From the NCBI RefSeq assembly GCF_006345805.1, contig NC_043005.1, forward strand, positions 40,982,001 through 41,046,000: DNA of 64,000 nt, given 5' to 3'. Position 1 is the stretch's first letter. Each line of letters begins with the position of its first letter. The notes beneath the pieces are model-generated. The model did no database searches and was not told the DNA's origin. It saw only the letters and a list, made by a program, of their open reading frames with translations. Source of the stretch: Octopus sinensis (Eukaryota). The position numbers and the translations under genes were made by a program. Shown here piece by piece: positions 49,593 through 62,310 of this stretch.

Positions 49593-50434
49593 ATATACAC
49601 ACACATACACACATACATGTGTATACATACGTATATGTGTGTATGTGTTGAGAAAGAATGTAGTAATTTTATTTATGAAAATCATTAGAGAGCTGAATGA
49701 AAATACCACAATGCAGTATTCACTAGATACACACATGCTGGGGTCATAATCCTTAACTCTTTTGATTATTTGGGCACATCTAAAAGCATTTAGCAAAAGC
49801 ATAATACATGCTTTTGCAATTTCATGCTCACACATGAGTGATGACCTTGGTTCGATTTAAATTAAAATTGGGTATTTTAAATTTGTACAGAAAGCTAAAA
49901 GGAAAAAATAAATCTATTATTTCAAAGCTAAAAATTTAGAAAAAAAATATAAAAAAAACTACAGCTTACCTTGTTTTATTGATCCAAATTGTGCAAAATA
50001 AAATCATCAATAACACATATTGAAGAGACTCAGACGTTTGTATGGATGGTTTTAGCCTTAAATTATATTTCTAAAAATCCATGGCATGTCTAGATACCTC
50101 CTTGCAGTGATCTGTATGGGAATTACTGCAGTGAGTGTGTAGGGAGTCATACATATGTAATATGGTGAGTAGTCAAATTTTGATTAACCAAGATAATCTT
50201 TTTATGTATTATTCCTTATCTTTAACTTGTTTCAGTCATTAGACTGCAGCCATGCTGGGGCACTGCCCAGTAGAAGCTTTTAGTTGAATGAACTAATCCC
50301 AGTACTTATTTTTTATGAAGCCTGGTACTTATTCTATCAGTCTCTTTTGCCAAACTGCTAAGGTTGTCAGGAGGGATGGGGGAACAAACATTGACATACA
50401 CACACGCACCCCCCCCCACACACATAGAGTTGTC

Positions 50435-51011
50435 AACTAAACTTGACAAAGGCTGTGAATAACTAAACTTGACTAAGTGTGTGAACAACACTTATATTGC
50501 TAGAAATAAGAGCTAAAATGCTCCAATGCTGTTAAAATTCTTTGTAACAACATTGGAGCATTTTAGTTCCTATTTGTAGTAATGTAAGTGTTTTTCACAC
50601 CCTTAGTCAAGTTTAGTTCATGACTATAATTTTCCTTCATGGTATAATATTGCAAACAGCTGTTTTTATTAATTTTTGTCTACACATTAGCAATCTGCCT
50701 AATCATCCATAGATATATCTGGTGAATATATATACTTTGATAAGTGAGGCAGCCCAGAATAAACTGAAGGATCTGGCCTTACTATGGAAATAGCTGAAAC
50801 TGGTCGGTCAGTCAAAGGAATTCTTAATTTGGTGTTTGAGGTGATTGCAGCCCTATCAGAGTATATGTTATGTGTTTTGTAACTGCATTGGAGCATTTTA
50901 GCTCCTATTTCTAGCAATGTAGATGTTATTCACACTCTCAGTCAAGTTTAGTCAATGTTTATGATTTTTCTTTATGGTATAATATTGCAAACAGCTGTTT
51001 TTATTAATTTT
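50435..51011. repeat. Inverted plus direct repeat composite
   Basis: 50461-50534 is inverted relative to 50545-50618; 50545-50677 is directly repeated at 50879-51011. Confidence 0.8.
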
Positions 51012-51023
51012 ATACACACACAC

Positions 51024-51065
<42 letters not shown>

Positions 51066-52555
51066 TATATATATATATATACTGGAGTAAGCACATAAAT
51101 GTGAAACAAGGTGGAAAAAAGAGTACTCAAATACCAGAGGTACAGTAATATGCTTTATTTAAAAGCAGCAGAAATATAACAAAAGCTGTTACACAGAGTT
51201 TCCCGTTCCCATTCCTCATTAGACCAGAACGAGAGTAAATAGCATATTCTGGAGAAATATTTTCGTTGAAAAGAGAAAAGATAGAAGACGTCCAGCCCTT
51301 TGGACGTACTGGAGGAAAAGAAAGATGGATGATGGTCACATGTGAGCAACGAGAGAAAGAAAAGAGGAAGAGGGGAGAAAGAGAGAGAGACAGATAGAAA
51401 ATGGTGAAAGGGAGAAAAAGGGAATTAGAGAAGGATAGGGGAGAAACAGTATTGAGTAGAGTTGCATCAAAAAGGTTAAGGTAAACTTGGAAATGGATGT
51501 GTGGTGTTCAATTAGATAATAATATACTTGGTGCCCAAACAAAAAATAAAAAATGTAAAGAATAATAAACCATAAAATAAATTTTTATTTTTCAAAATAA
51601 GATGGAAAATAATGTCTATTTTTGTATACTTCCACTTTATTTATATTTGAAAAGTTTTCTCTTTAGTTCTTTTTTTTTAATTGCAAAATATTCGATGATA
51701 TTGTTAAAATTAATTTCACATAAATCTTCTGCTTCTATACTTAGTTGAGATAAGGCATTACGAATATTATTTCAGCAAGTTTAAAGTGATTTCTTTCATG
51801 CCATAAACCATTTCATTTCTGTGGTACCCTTATCCCTTGGTACCCTAAGCATATGCTTATTTTGCTTAATGGTTAATCCAGCATTGGGTGTATGTGATTG
51901 TATATAGAAGAATATATTTATCAAAAGAATTCCAACTGTGTCTGATTTTCACGTTTTATTTACAATCTTATAATAATATAATATAATGAAATGATAGAAT
52001 ATTAAATTTTCATTCTGATTAAACTAGTACTTTCATGCATGAAACTATGCAATCTTCAGGTCCATATGGTAATGATGACAGTTATGTTTTACAATTTACA
52101 ACTGTAGTGAAATGGCTAAAATGTGTACCTTAAATACATTTGTATAGGCTCCAGAATGTTAAGTTTTGCAAACTGTATTCTGACCAATCAATGTGACGTT
52201 GACTGGTGTTTGGTTTAGGTGTCACAGTTTGTTGAACATGTCAAGAGACCTGTATTTTGAACCTGGCCAAAGCAGTAGTTCTTTGGCTATTTTTAGAAAT
52301 GTTATAAACATTTCCCAGGGAGTTTTACATTTCAGTTATCATCATCTCTATTACCATCACCTTATTATTGTTGTCGTTGGTGGTGGTGGTGGTGGTAGGA
52401 GTAGCTGTAGTTATAGAATTTATTTTTACTGACTTTTCTCTCGACTTAGTATTTTCTTGCTATTCTCATCATGAGAACCTTTACTATTGTTGTTGTTGTT
52501 AGTGGTAGTGGTCGTAGCAGTAGAAATAGTACCTCTAAGTATTATTATTATTATT

Positions 52556-52965
52556 GTTTATTTAGCTTGGGTTAGAATTTATAAATAAAGTTCTTTTCTC
52601 TGATTTTTCTCTGATTTCACTTGGATTGTGTAGTTTGTGGAATGGAAATATTATGAATATTTTCTGACCACATATTGCTAAATGGTTACTCAAAGGCATC
52701 TGACAGACTGACATCTGTGTCTCTAATTTGCTGTCAGTGCATATGTGAACATTCTGATAGTACATTTCCAGTCTGACCCACATATAGTTCTTCACAATTT
52801 GGGCGTTTGATGCAGTAAATTAAATTCTGCTTTCACAGTTCATTTTTGCGTTTGTGAATACTTTTCCGGTTTTGTGTTGATATATTTGCCAGTATGTATG
52901 AATTGGCATGTGCCAATTCGGCTATCATTGCATTTAGATACAGTGAATGATTGGTCTTTATTGCT
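52556..52965 (-). pseudogene. Penelope-like element GIY-YIG endonuclease relic
   Basis: VSKCNDSRIGTCQFI..., NLIYCIKRPNCEELYVGQTG, H*QQIRD, PLSNHLAICGQKIFIIFPFHKL, RKIREKNFIYKF*PKLN. This is the typical PLE GIY-YIG C-terminal sequence, with frameshifts. Confidence 0.75.
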
Positions 52966-53321
52966 AAGGTCAAACTTTGCCTTTTTTAATAATTTTTTTC
53001 AAGTATACAAACACACACACGCATGATATGGCCACAGTCAAATGACTGAAACAAGTAAAAGAAAAGTAAAAGAATGATTGACTTCTTTCAGTTTCCCTAC
53101 CAAAATCCATTCTACCAAAATCCATTCACAAGGCTTTAGTTTACCCAAAGCTATAATAGAAGACACTTGCCCATGGTATTGCACAATGGGACTGAACCTG
53201 GAACTACATGGTTGGGAAGCAAACTTCTTACCACATAGCCACATCAGCACAAACACTGACCAATTCCCTAATGCTGCCATTTCTTACAATGCTGTTCTCA
53301 ATCAGCCTGCAATAACATCTA

Positions 53322-53546
53322 CCCCTTTAGCAGTCAGATTACTTTGTCATGTGTAATGCTTATTTATTCACATTGTTTTAAATTAATCATACATTATCTA
53401 AACACTTCAAGATTTTGATCCTGTAATTGTTTATTTTTATAATGACATTGCAGTGTAGGTGAAGAGGCTAGATCTGGTTTGTTTGAACATAGAACCAGTA
53501 GAATATTTGGGTTGGATATGGTTGGTTTCAATGTTAAAGGATTAAG
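53322..53546. mobile_element. piggyBac-like MITE (inverted homologue of 2735-2949)
   Basis: cccctttagcagtcaga ... tttcaatgttaaagggattaa. Confidence 0.5.
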
Positions 53547-54299
53547 GTTATGAATTTAGCTTACAAATACTTTTATTTATATGAAGGTGTATGGCTTAGT
53601 GGTTAGAGCATCAGGCTCGCAATCATGAGGTAGTTAGTTCAATTCCTAGACTGGGCTGTGTGTTGAATTCTCAAGCAAGATACTTTATTTCATGTTGCTC
53701 CAGTTCACTCTTTGCCTTTCCTTTGGATAATATTGGTGGCATGGAGAGGAGAGGCTGCTGAGAGGAACTTTCTAGAGGCAATTCCCATTTTGTGCCAAAA
53801 TTTGAAATCGATATTTGAGTGAAATTTACCCTCGTGAGAAATAACAGTAAAGTTTGGGCAGAACTCATGGTTAGTGTACCTAATTGATTATAATTTTTTA
53901 TATTGATGGTGTCCCTGGATAAATTCCTCCAGTCGTTATGATACTATTTAATGCCACATTTGCATATTATTATGCATAAATGTAGTGATTCTGTTATCAC
54001 TAATCTACCAAGTTCAGAGAAAAGTATGCTTTACTGTGGCGGTCAAATAAGAATGAAACATGTCCAAAGTTGTCACCCATACTTGCTATCATTAGATTAT
54101 ACTTATATTACCCATTGAGCTAAAGTTTTCTTCTACATATACATACACATAAATACACACACATACATGCACACACACAAATTTTGACTATTAATCAAGT
54201 AGATTATTTCCTTTCCTTTCATACCACATAAAGATATTTAGCTGTTCTACAGTTAAATATTTAAGCAAAAGAGAGAGAAACTAATAGTGTGTGTGTGCA

Positions 54300-54355
<56 letters not shown>

Positions 54356-54828
54356 CGTGTACACAGGATCAGCCACAGAAAATTTACTGTCAATGAGATA
54401 GTGTTTCCAAGCATAAACTTGGGGGGAGATTGTAAAACAATGGCAAATAATAATTTTCATTATAAACAGAAACAACAACAGCAACAACAATTCTATTTCC
54501 AATGATCAGCAGATGTTACAGAAGGCCCAAGGATATAGACAGTTTAATTTTAAGTGACAAACATAAATAAGTTTCCTCATTAAGAAGTTGAGTCTATTAA
54601 AAGTTGGAGTCTATAGTTTCAACACTGTCTAATGAGATGTTTAGTTAAAGGGATGGTTGCTGTATTAACCTGTTAGGGAGAATGCTAGAGGTAATTATAT
54701 AAGAAATAAGGCTTAGTAATTTCCAGAGTTAACCTTGTGTAGATTATTAATCATATATACAGTAGTTGGAATATATATATTAGTTGGAATATATATATAT
54801 AATATATATTATATATATATATTAGTTG

Positions 54829-54882
<54 letters not shown>

Positions 54883-54883
<1 letters not shown>

Positions 54884-55476
54884 AAATAGTAAAAAGTGAA
54901 AAAACTACAGAAGGCTTGTTTTAAAAGGTTAAAAATATATATATTTGAGTCAATATGTCTGAAGAATGTTATAAAATTTTTTTCTTATAATGACATAGTT
55001 TACAAGAAATGACCGGTTTCGCGTTCAGCTTTTCAAATTTCTTACATCGTTATGTTTACATTGAGTAGAGTAATCGTTATGTTTATGTTGAGAAGAGTTC
55101 CATATAAGGGGAGGTAATAAGTGATTTCTTCTGGTGAAAGGGAGATTAACCATTCCAACATACTTATACAGAGAAATTCACTCCAAAGGAAAGGCAAAAA
55201 ATTTTAAGCAATTATCTCCCTTACACCGGAAGAAATCACTTATTACCTCCCCTTATATGGAACTCTTCTCAACATAAACATAACGATTACTCTACTCAAC
55301 GTAAACATAACGATGTAAGAAATTTGAAAAGCTGAACACGAAACCGGTCATTTCTTCTAAACTATGTCATTATAAGAAAAAAATTTTATAACATTCTTCA
55401 GACATATTGACTCAAATATATATTTTTTAACCTTTTAAAACAAGCCTTCTGTAGTTTTTTCACTTTTTACTATTTT
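54883..55476. mobile_element. Long fold-back element, ~264-bp arms, ~67-bp spacer
   Basis: 54883-55146 vs 55214-55476 are reverse complements with about 6-7 differences by eye. Flanked by (TA)n. Confidence 0.9.
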
Positions 55477-55529
55477 CTATATATTCAACCACGTGCTTTC
55501 ACAAACCAACTTTCTCATCTATATATATA

Positions 55530-55950
55530 TGGAGTGGTTGGCATTAGGAAGGGCATCCAGCTGTAGAAACACTGCCAGATCAGACTGGAGCCTGGTGCAG
55601 CCAACTGGCTTCCCAGACCCTGGTCGAACCGTCCAACCCATGCTAGCATGAAAAATGGACGTTAAACGATGATGATGATGATTATTCATATATACGACTG
55701 TGAGGTTGTGAGTTCCAATCCTGGACCGGGCTGCGTGTTGTGTTCTTGAGCAAGACACTTTATTTCACATTGCTCCAGTTCACTCAGCTGTAGAAATAAG
55801 TTGCAACATCACTGGTGCCAAACTGTATCGGCTTTACCTTTCCCTTCGATGACATCAGTGGTGTGGAGAGGGGAAGCTGGTATGCATGGGCGACTACTGG
55901 TCTTCCATAAATAACCTTGCCCGGACTTTTGCCTCGGAGGGTAACTTTCT
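55530..55950 (+). mobile_element. RTE-tail element (55530-55680) followed by SINE family B (55695-55950)
   Basis: Matches to copies elsewhere in the window. Confidence 0.75.
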
Positions 55951-56569
55951 TTGATATATATGTATATAGAGTATGAGAGGTATTGGTGTCAAGAAGACCC
56001 AAAAGGTGTTGGGTAACACAAAGTAAGGGCTATGGATACACCATGGTTAAACTCCAGGTTCGATAATGATACGAATGAAGAGTCCAACGTGGGTCATGTA
56101 TTAGCATGCACATATATAAATTGACAGACTGTGAATATATACACATAATACAATTATACGCATGTGTGTTTGCATGCATGCATTTATATATGCAAAAATA
56201 GATACAAATGAGTGTGTATATGTGTGAATGCATTTGTTACAGTCATGTCTTCCCAATCTTATGGAGCATCCCCCTCTGTACCCTCTATACTACCCCTACC
56301 ACTGTTCCCTGTGTATATACATCAGTACATCTCAAACACCATCTATCTCTCTATCTCTCTCTCATTCACACACACACACCACACACACACACACACTCTG
56401 ACTGCCTCTCTATATTTCTCTCTATCTCCCTCCCACCTTAACTGTCCTACATGGGTAACCAAGTATCTCCTCTATTGTAACACAACTATCACTATCCCTT
56501 TATTATACTCTAACCTCTCGCCCAACACATGGCTACTTCTCTTGGTTCCATTCCCTCTCTCAACTGAGA

Positions 56570-56900
56570 AGTCTTTGTCTTGCAAGATACTTGGCAACCC
56601 TGCTGGTGCTGGTGCCACATAAAAAGCACCTGTGCTGGTGTTTTAAAATGTGCTTGTGCCTGTACCGCATAAAAAGCATATGTAAAAAGTACCCTGCAAA
56701 CTGTGTAAAGTGGTTGATGTAAAATGTACCCTGTACACTCTGTAAAGTGGTTGATGTTAGGAATGGCAACCATCCTTAGAAACCACATCAAAACAGACAA
56801 TTAGAGTCTAGTGCAGTTCCCTGGCTTACCAGCTCCTGTCAAACTGTCCAACCCATGCAAGCATGGGAAATGGACGTTAAATAATGATGGTGATGATGAT
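56570..56900 (+). mobile_element. (GAT)n-tailed RTE-related element with internal duplications
   Basis: ggtgccacataaaaagcacc motifs, a duplicated tgtaaagtggttgatgt, and the tail gacgttaaataatgatggtgatg. Confidence 0.7.
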
Positions 56901-57372
56901 ATATGCATATAAGCATGCATTGTAATAAATCTCAAATTATCCAACTCCAGAGTGTAGTTCATTTATAATTAATTAAGTGAATAAGTTGCTAGCATAACGC
57001 TATTTATGCAAATCAGATTTGCCAATTCAATTTAGTGTATCCATCTAATTCAGTAGCTATAAATGGCCGTTAGCTATATACCTTTCAATGCAAGGTGAAA
57101 GCAGGGTATGCAGCTTATGAGGAATGTCCTAGTTTGGACTACAGCCTGGTCAGTCAGGTCATTTCGAATTAGTTTGTCTACTGAAAGATTAATAGCCAGA
57201 TATTCATTGTGGTGCGTTCATTACACATAGAAAAAAAATTACAGGAACAGCCAATATATAAGATATACATCTAGATACATTTGAAGACATGCATAATATG
57301 TCATATTTGTGTGTGTGTGTGTTTGTGTATGTGTGTGTGTGCGTGTGTGTGCGTGTGTGTGTGTGTGTGTGT

Positions 57373-57487
57373 GCTAATTGCATTGCATTTGAAAAACTTT
57401 TGGGGTCTGGTTTTTGACAAGAAACCTAGAGCAACGGAAAAGTAGTCAAATTTAACTATTTTATGTGTGTGTGTATGTGTGTGTGTG

Positions 57488-57552
<65 letters not shown>

Positions 57553-57644
57553 CTAATTGCATTGCATTTGAAAAACTTTTGGGGTCTGGTTTTTGACAAG
57601 AAACCTAGAGCAACGGAAAAGTAGTCAAATTGAACTATTTTATG
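57373..57644. repeat. Tandem duplication of a 93-bp core bounded by (TG)n
   Basis: 57373-57465 and 57552-57644, one mismatch. Confidence 0.95.
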
Positions 57645-57660
57645 TGTGCGTGTATGTGTG

Positions 57661-57695
<35 letters not shown>

Positions 57696-57983
57696 GTGCT
57701 CGTGCACGTGTGTGCGCATGGGTGTGTCTGTTTTTGTATGTATACATGTACTGATTATTTTTTAAATATTTTTGCTCATATTTCATGTCTGTTTATTGTG
57801 GAGAAAAAATTATTTTTTATTATAAAAGCATCTTTTGTTGTTTTCTGATTTTTATCTCTCTGCTCCATAGTGTGTTGCAACTCAATGCTAAAGCACAAGT
57901 CTCAAATAATCAGTCTTGCCAGTCAAAACAAAATCTGATTTTAGATTTTCGAATATCTAATGTGTGTGCGTGTGTGTATGTTG

Positions 57984-58031
<48 letters not shown>

Positions 58032-58132
58032 CACGTGTGTTTGTGTATGGGCACATGTGCATGTGTAACATATATATACATACACACATATATATGTATA
58101 TGTATATATATATATAAGTATATATGTATGCA

Positions 58133-58173
<41 letters not shown>

Positions 58174-58268
58174 GTATGTATGTATATATAATATATATGT
58201 ATATATGTAATGTGTATATATATATATTATATACATACATATATATATATATTTATGTGTATATATAT

Positions 58269-58316
<48 letters not shown>

Positions 58317-58709
58317 TGTTGTATGTATGTATGTATATGCATATATATGTATTGGTTTTTGTTTTGTTTCCAGAAAAAAATTTCCTTTCATTTTTTGTTC
58401 TTTCTTATTGAATTTTTTTTATTTCTTTTCTTTTTTGTTCTTTTGTAAACAGTCATCGCATCTCTCTATCTTCATGAAATAAATAGATAAAAATCAATTA
58501 AATTCAAAGAATCTTCATGAGGCTAAATCTAAAAATGAAAGTTGGATTTTTAATGCATAATGACAGACATAAAAACAACAACAACAACAACACAACAACA
58601 ACAACAACTATAGCTATGACAATGAAAAGTACTTGTTTTGTTTTTCTTACAGCAACAATTATTTGGCAATGCTTCTAGCTCTGTAGAGTGCAGAATGGAA
58701 GGACTCTGT

Positions 58710-59100
58710 TTCTTTGAAATCAATAATTCTAGCAAGACCATAAGGGAGTCTCTATTGTTGTTTGACTTGCTAAAAATAGCAGCCTAAACGTTACTCTAAT
58801 TGCAACACTTCAACTGATTTTAAAAAGGAACGTTACATGGGTTATGTAGTTGTAGATACCATTAAAACAAAAGGACAGTGGTTTCAGTGGTATCTAACTG
58901 TGGCTCAATTGAGGCTTCTTTGAAATCAATAATTCTAGCAAGCCCAGAAAGGAACCTCTATTGTTGTTTGACCTGCTAAATATAGCAGCCTAAACTTTCT
59001 CTAATTGCAACATTTCAGCTGTCTTTGAAAAGGAATGTTACATGGGATATGTAGTCCCAAATATCACTAAAACACGAGGACTGCTGTTTCAGTGGTATCT
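58710..59100. repeat. Diverged 206-bp tandem duplication
   Basis: ttctttgaaatcaataattctagcaag starts at 58710 and 58916. Confidence 0.85.
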
Positions 59101-59146
59101 GGGTCTGACTCAAGGAAAGCTGTAGAGCTATATTTAAACTGGGAAT

Positions 59147-59249
59147 GGGTATTTCAGTTTTGGGGCAAGGAACTTCAGTTTGGGGTAGGGTACTTCAGTT
59201 TTGGGGCAAAGTACTTCAGTTTGAGGGGCAGGGTACTTCAATTTTGGTG
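59147..59249. repeat. G-rich ~21-bp minisatellite, 5 units
   Basis: gggtacttcagttttggggcaa-like units. Confidence 0.9.
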
Positions 59250-60929
59250 AGCTCCTTATACAAAAATAGAAATACACAGCAAATTGTCTCAAAGTCTGTT
59301 TTCTAGCACATTATGTCCATTTTTTCATATTTGCTTTGGTCAGAATTCATCAAGGCAGATTTTTCTACACCTAGTTGTTCATCCTATCACAACTCTCTGA
59401 TACTTTTCAATGCTTGCATGGGTCAGGTGAAATTTGTTGAGGCAGATTTTCAATGGTCAAATGCCCTTCCTGTTGTCAATCCTCACCTGTTTCTAAGCCA
59501 GGTAAAATTTCCCCCATGCCAGGTATCATGTGATGGCAAGACAAAGGTATATAGAAACACATACACACCTACATATGTACATACAACATGCTTTTTTTCA
59601 GTTTCCATCTGCCAGCTCCACTGATAAGGCTTTGAACTACTTTGAGGTATAATAGAAGATATTTCCCTTAGGTGCCATGCAGTGGGACTGAACCTGAAAC
59701 CACATGGTGAGAAGAAATCTTCTGAGCTACACATCCGTGCATGTGCCTAGAATACATACATATTGCATGTAATTACATAAATGTTAAATTCCTAAAACTA
59801 TCAGACGTTTTAGCAAAGGAATTAAAGTTGGACCAAAGCATATGAAATCAAGAAAACTTTGTAAAAATGAAAAAAAAAAAGGTAGAAAAGAGAAAAAGAA
59901 AAGAATTCATCAGACTCGTCTTCCAAGAGGGCTTGGAAGTGGGGTTCTGTATAGAACCCAGAGCAATGGCTTTTTTGTCTCCTTATAAATTCAGTTCTGC
60001 AAGGTTGACCTTGGGCTAAACAAAAACAGAAGCTGCCAGCAGGAATTATGGAAATATTGTACATTTAGGAGAGAATGTTCCTGGATGGAATGTCTTTGAT
60101 CATAGGTCTGCTTAATCAAGGCTGGCTGAGAGTCAAACAGCAACAACGGTAATAATACAAGCAGCAAGTATTGAAGTATAGAACTACAGAAGTATAGAAC
60201 TACTGAAGTTTTTGTGTAGAAGACAAGCAGTCGTAATCATAAGTTCATTGAAAGTAAATAGATAAGAATAGCAATGGTTGGAGCCACTGAAAATACTAAA
60301 GTGTTTCATAGTTGTCTGCTTCAATAAATCACGATTATAAATGTAATCATAAAATGCTACAATTAAAATCAACAATAACCAATTCTGACATTGGTGCCTG
60401 TAAGTGGCTGCTTAACCTGTAATAGCAGTCAAATTTCCCTGAAATTATGCTCTGTTAACTGAACAGTAGATACTTTGGATAAAGTGGACCCAAGCATCAC
60501 TCTCAGCAGTCACTCATAATTGATGAGTATGACTTGGTAATAACACAAAATGAAAAAAAAAAAAAAAACTTTTTTCCCACATTTAATGGAAGGATTTCAT
60601 CAATGTTGCTTTGTTCTCCTGATCAATTAAAGACGAAATGTTTTGCTATAATCATGATCATGAATGTAAACATTGTAGAATAATGTTTGTAGATCTTATG
60701 CTTTCATTTTCTTCCTCTTCTTTCTGGTGTTTCACTCAGTTTGATTGACTGCAGCTTTTACTCCTCCATTCTTCATAGCTCTCAACACTTATCCATTTTA
60801 CACCTTACCAACTTAACAAAGGACACTTTGGATAAAGTATACTGGTGACAGACTAAGTCTTAAAAGAAAAAAAGCAAACAAAATGAAAGAAGACGGTCAT
60901 AGCTGGGGGAAAAAACCCAAAGATCTTTC

Positions 60930-61340
60930 CCAAGTCATATAGATTCATTGGGCCATTTTCCTGGTTTCCAGGGAGTATATATTCCAGTGGCATATGACGG
61001 TTGTTGTACTGGGTGTGCTGCCACATTCAATGCTACCAAATTTCAAGCAGGGGTATAACAAAAGTTTTCCATTAAGATTTGTAGTTAATTAATGAGTAAG
61101 GTTATTATTTATAAAGAATATGCCATTTACGATGGGCATGCATCAGGCACCTAACACACCTGGAATATATGCCCCTGATATATTCCCCACCTGGAGGGGA
61201 CATCAGTCGCAAGATTACTCACTTTTTGCCAGCTGAGTGGACTGGTGCAACATGAAATAAAGTGTTTTGCTCAAGAACACAATGTGTTATCTGGTCCAGG
61301 AATCAAAACCACACTCTTACCATCATGTGTTCAACACCCT
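60930..61340 (-). mobile_element. tRNA-headed SINE interrupted by a hAT MITE
   Basis: Body matches 19470-19650 and 15770-15890. Confidence 0.7.
60985..61177 (+). mobile_element. hAT-type MITE (193 bp) with a perfect 8-bp TSD
   Basis: atatattc|cagtggcatat ... atatgcccctg|atatattc; TIR 10/11. Confidence 0.85.
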
Positions 61341-61887
61341 AATCACAAGACTACATGCTTCTACTATAGCTTGAAAGCTTTTTATCATATGTTTACTCAA
61401 CCTATGCTTAAACAACAACAATATGTACAACACTGCATCTAGCCATGGAAGTGTAATTAACCCTTAGGAGATGACAGGGTTAATGTATCAGCTGAAAAAT
61501 TAAATGACAAAGAAGACAACTGGGCTGATCCATCAGCACAATAATACAAAATACTTGTTAGAGAGACCAATAAGTATGCTACCAACGTTCTCAGGAACAT
61601 TGAACTCATTGAGTCGCTAACTCATAAATAACTCTGTCTTCTTGGCACTGAAACTCCAAATGAGGCTCTGTCACCATAGGATTAAAATGCTTGGTTCAAG
61701 ACCAAGTGGTTTCAGATTTGATTTCATTGCTTGACATATTGGGTGAATATTCTCTGCTATAGACTTATGCTTGTCAATATCTTGTCAATGGAACTACGTG
61801 TGTGTTGAAGCTCATCATACATACAAGCATATCTATGCATCTATACATATACACACATGCACACACCTACATATATATGCACATATA

Positions 61888-61927
<40 letters not shown>

Positions 61928-61973
61928 CACATACAGATGCATATATACACACAGATACAGGTGTGTATGTGTG

Positions 61974-62051
<78 letters not shown>

Positions 62052-62274
62052 AATAATGTTTATCACCAGTTCACAGAAACCAACATTACTACCATTTTAA
62101 CCCCAGGAGGATACCTCCTTCAGCTGGTTATTCGATGCAATCTGCACCTGATATCTATTGCAAGCAGGGCACAAAATGTGTGCTTTTACATAGCACTGCC
62201 ACAAGTGCTTTTCACCTCCAGAGGAACCAGTCTTAACACTTCTGCTGTGAAGCATGGGTCTTCCTGAGCACAGA

Positions 62275-62308
<34 letters not shown>

Positions 62309-62310
<2 letters not shown>

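Noticed and set aside
52180-52200. CCAAT plus TGACGT motifs as a promoter
   Set aside because: Short motifs with no linked gene start, adjacent to a TE relic.
59147-59249. T4G4 telomere-like repeat
   Set aside because: TTTTGGGG is only part of a 21-bp unit; molluscan telomeres are TTAGGG, and no such array is present.
61457-61483. TTAA-ccct...aggg-TTAA mini inverted repeat
   Set aside because: Only 19 bp internal; compatible with chance or an uninformative relic.
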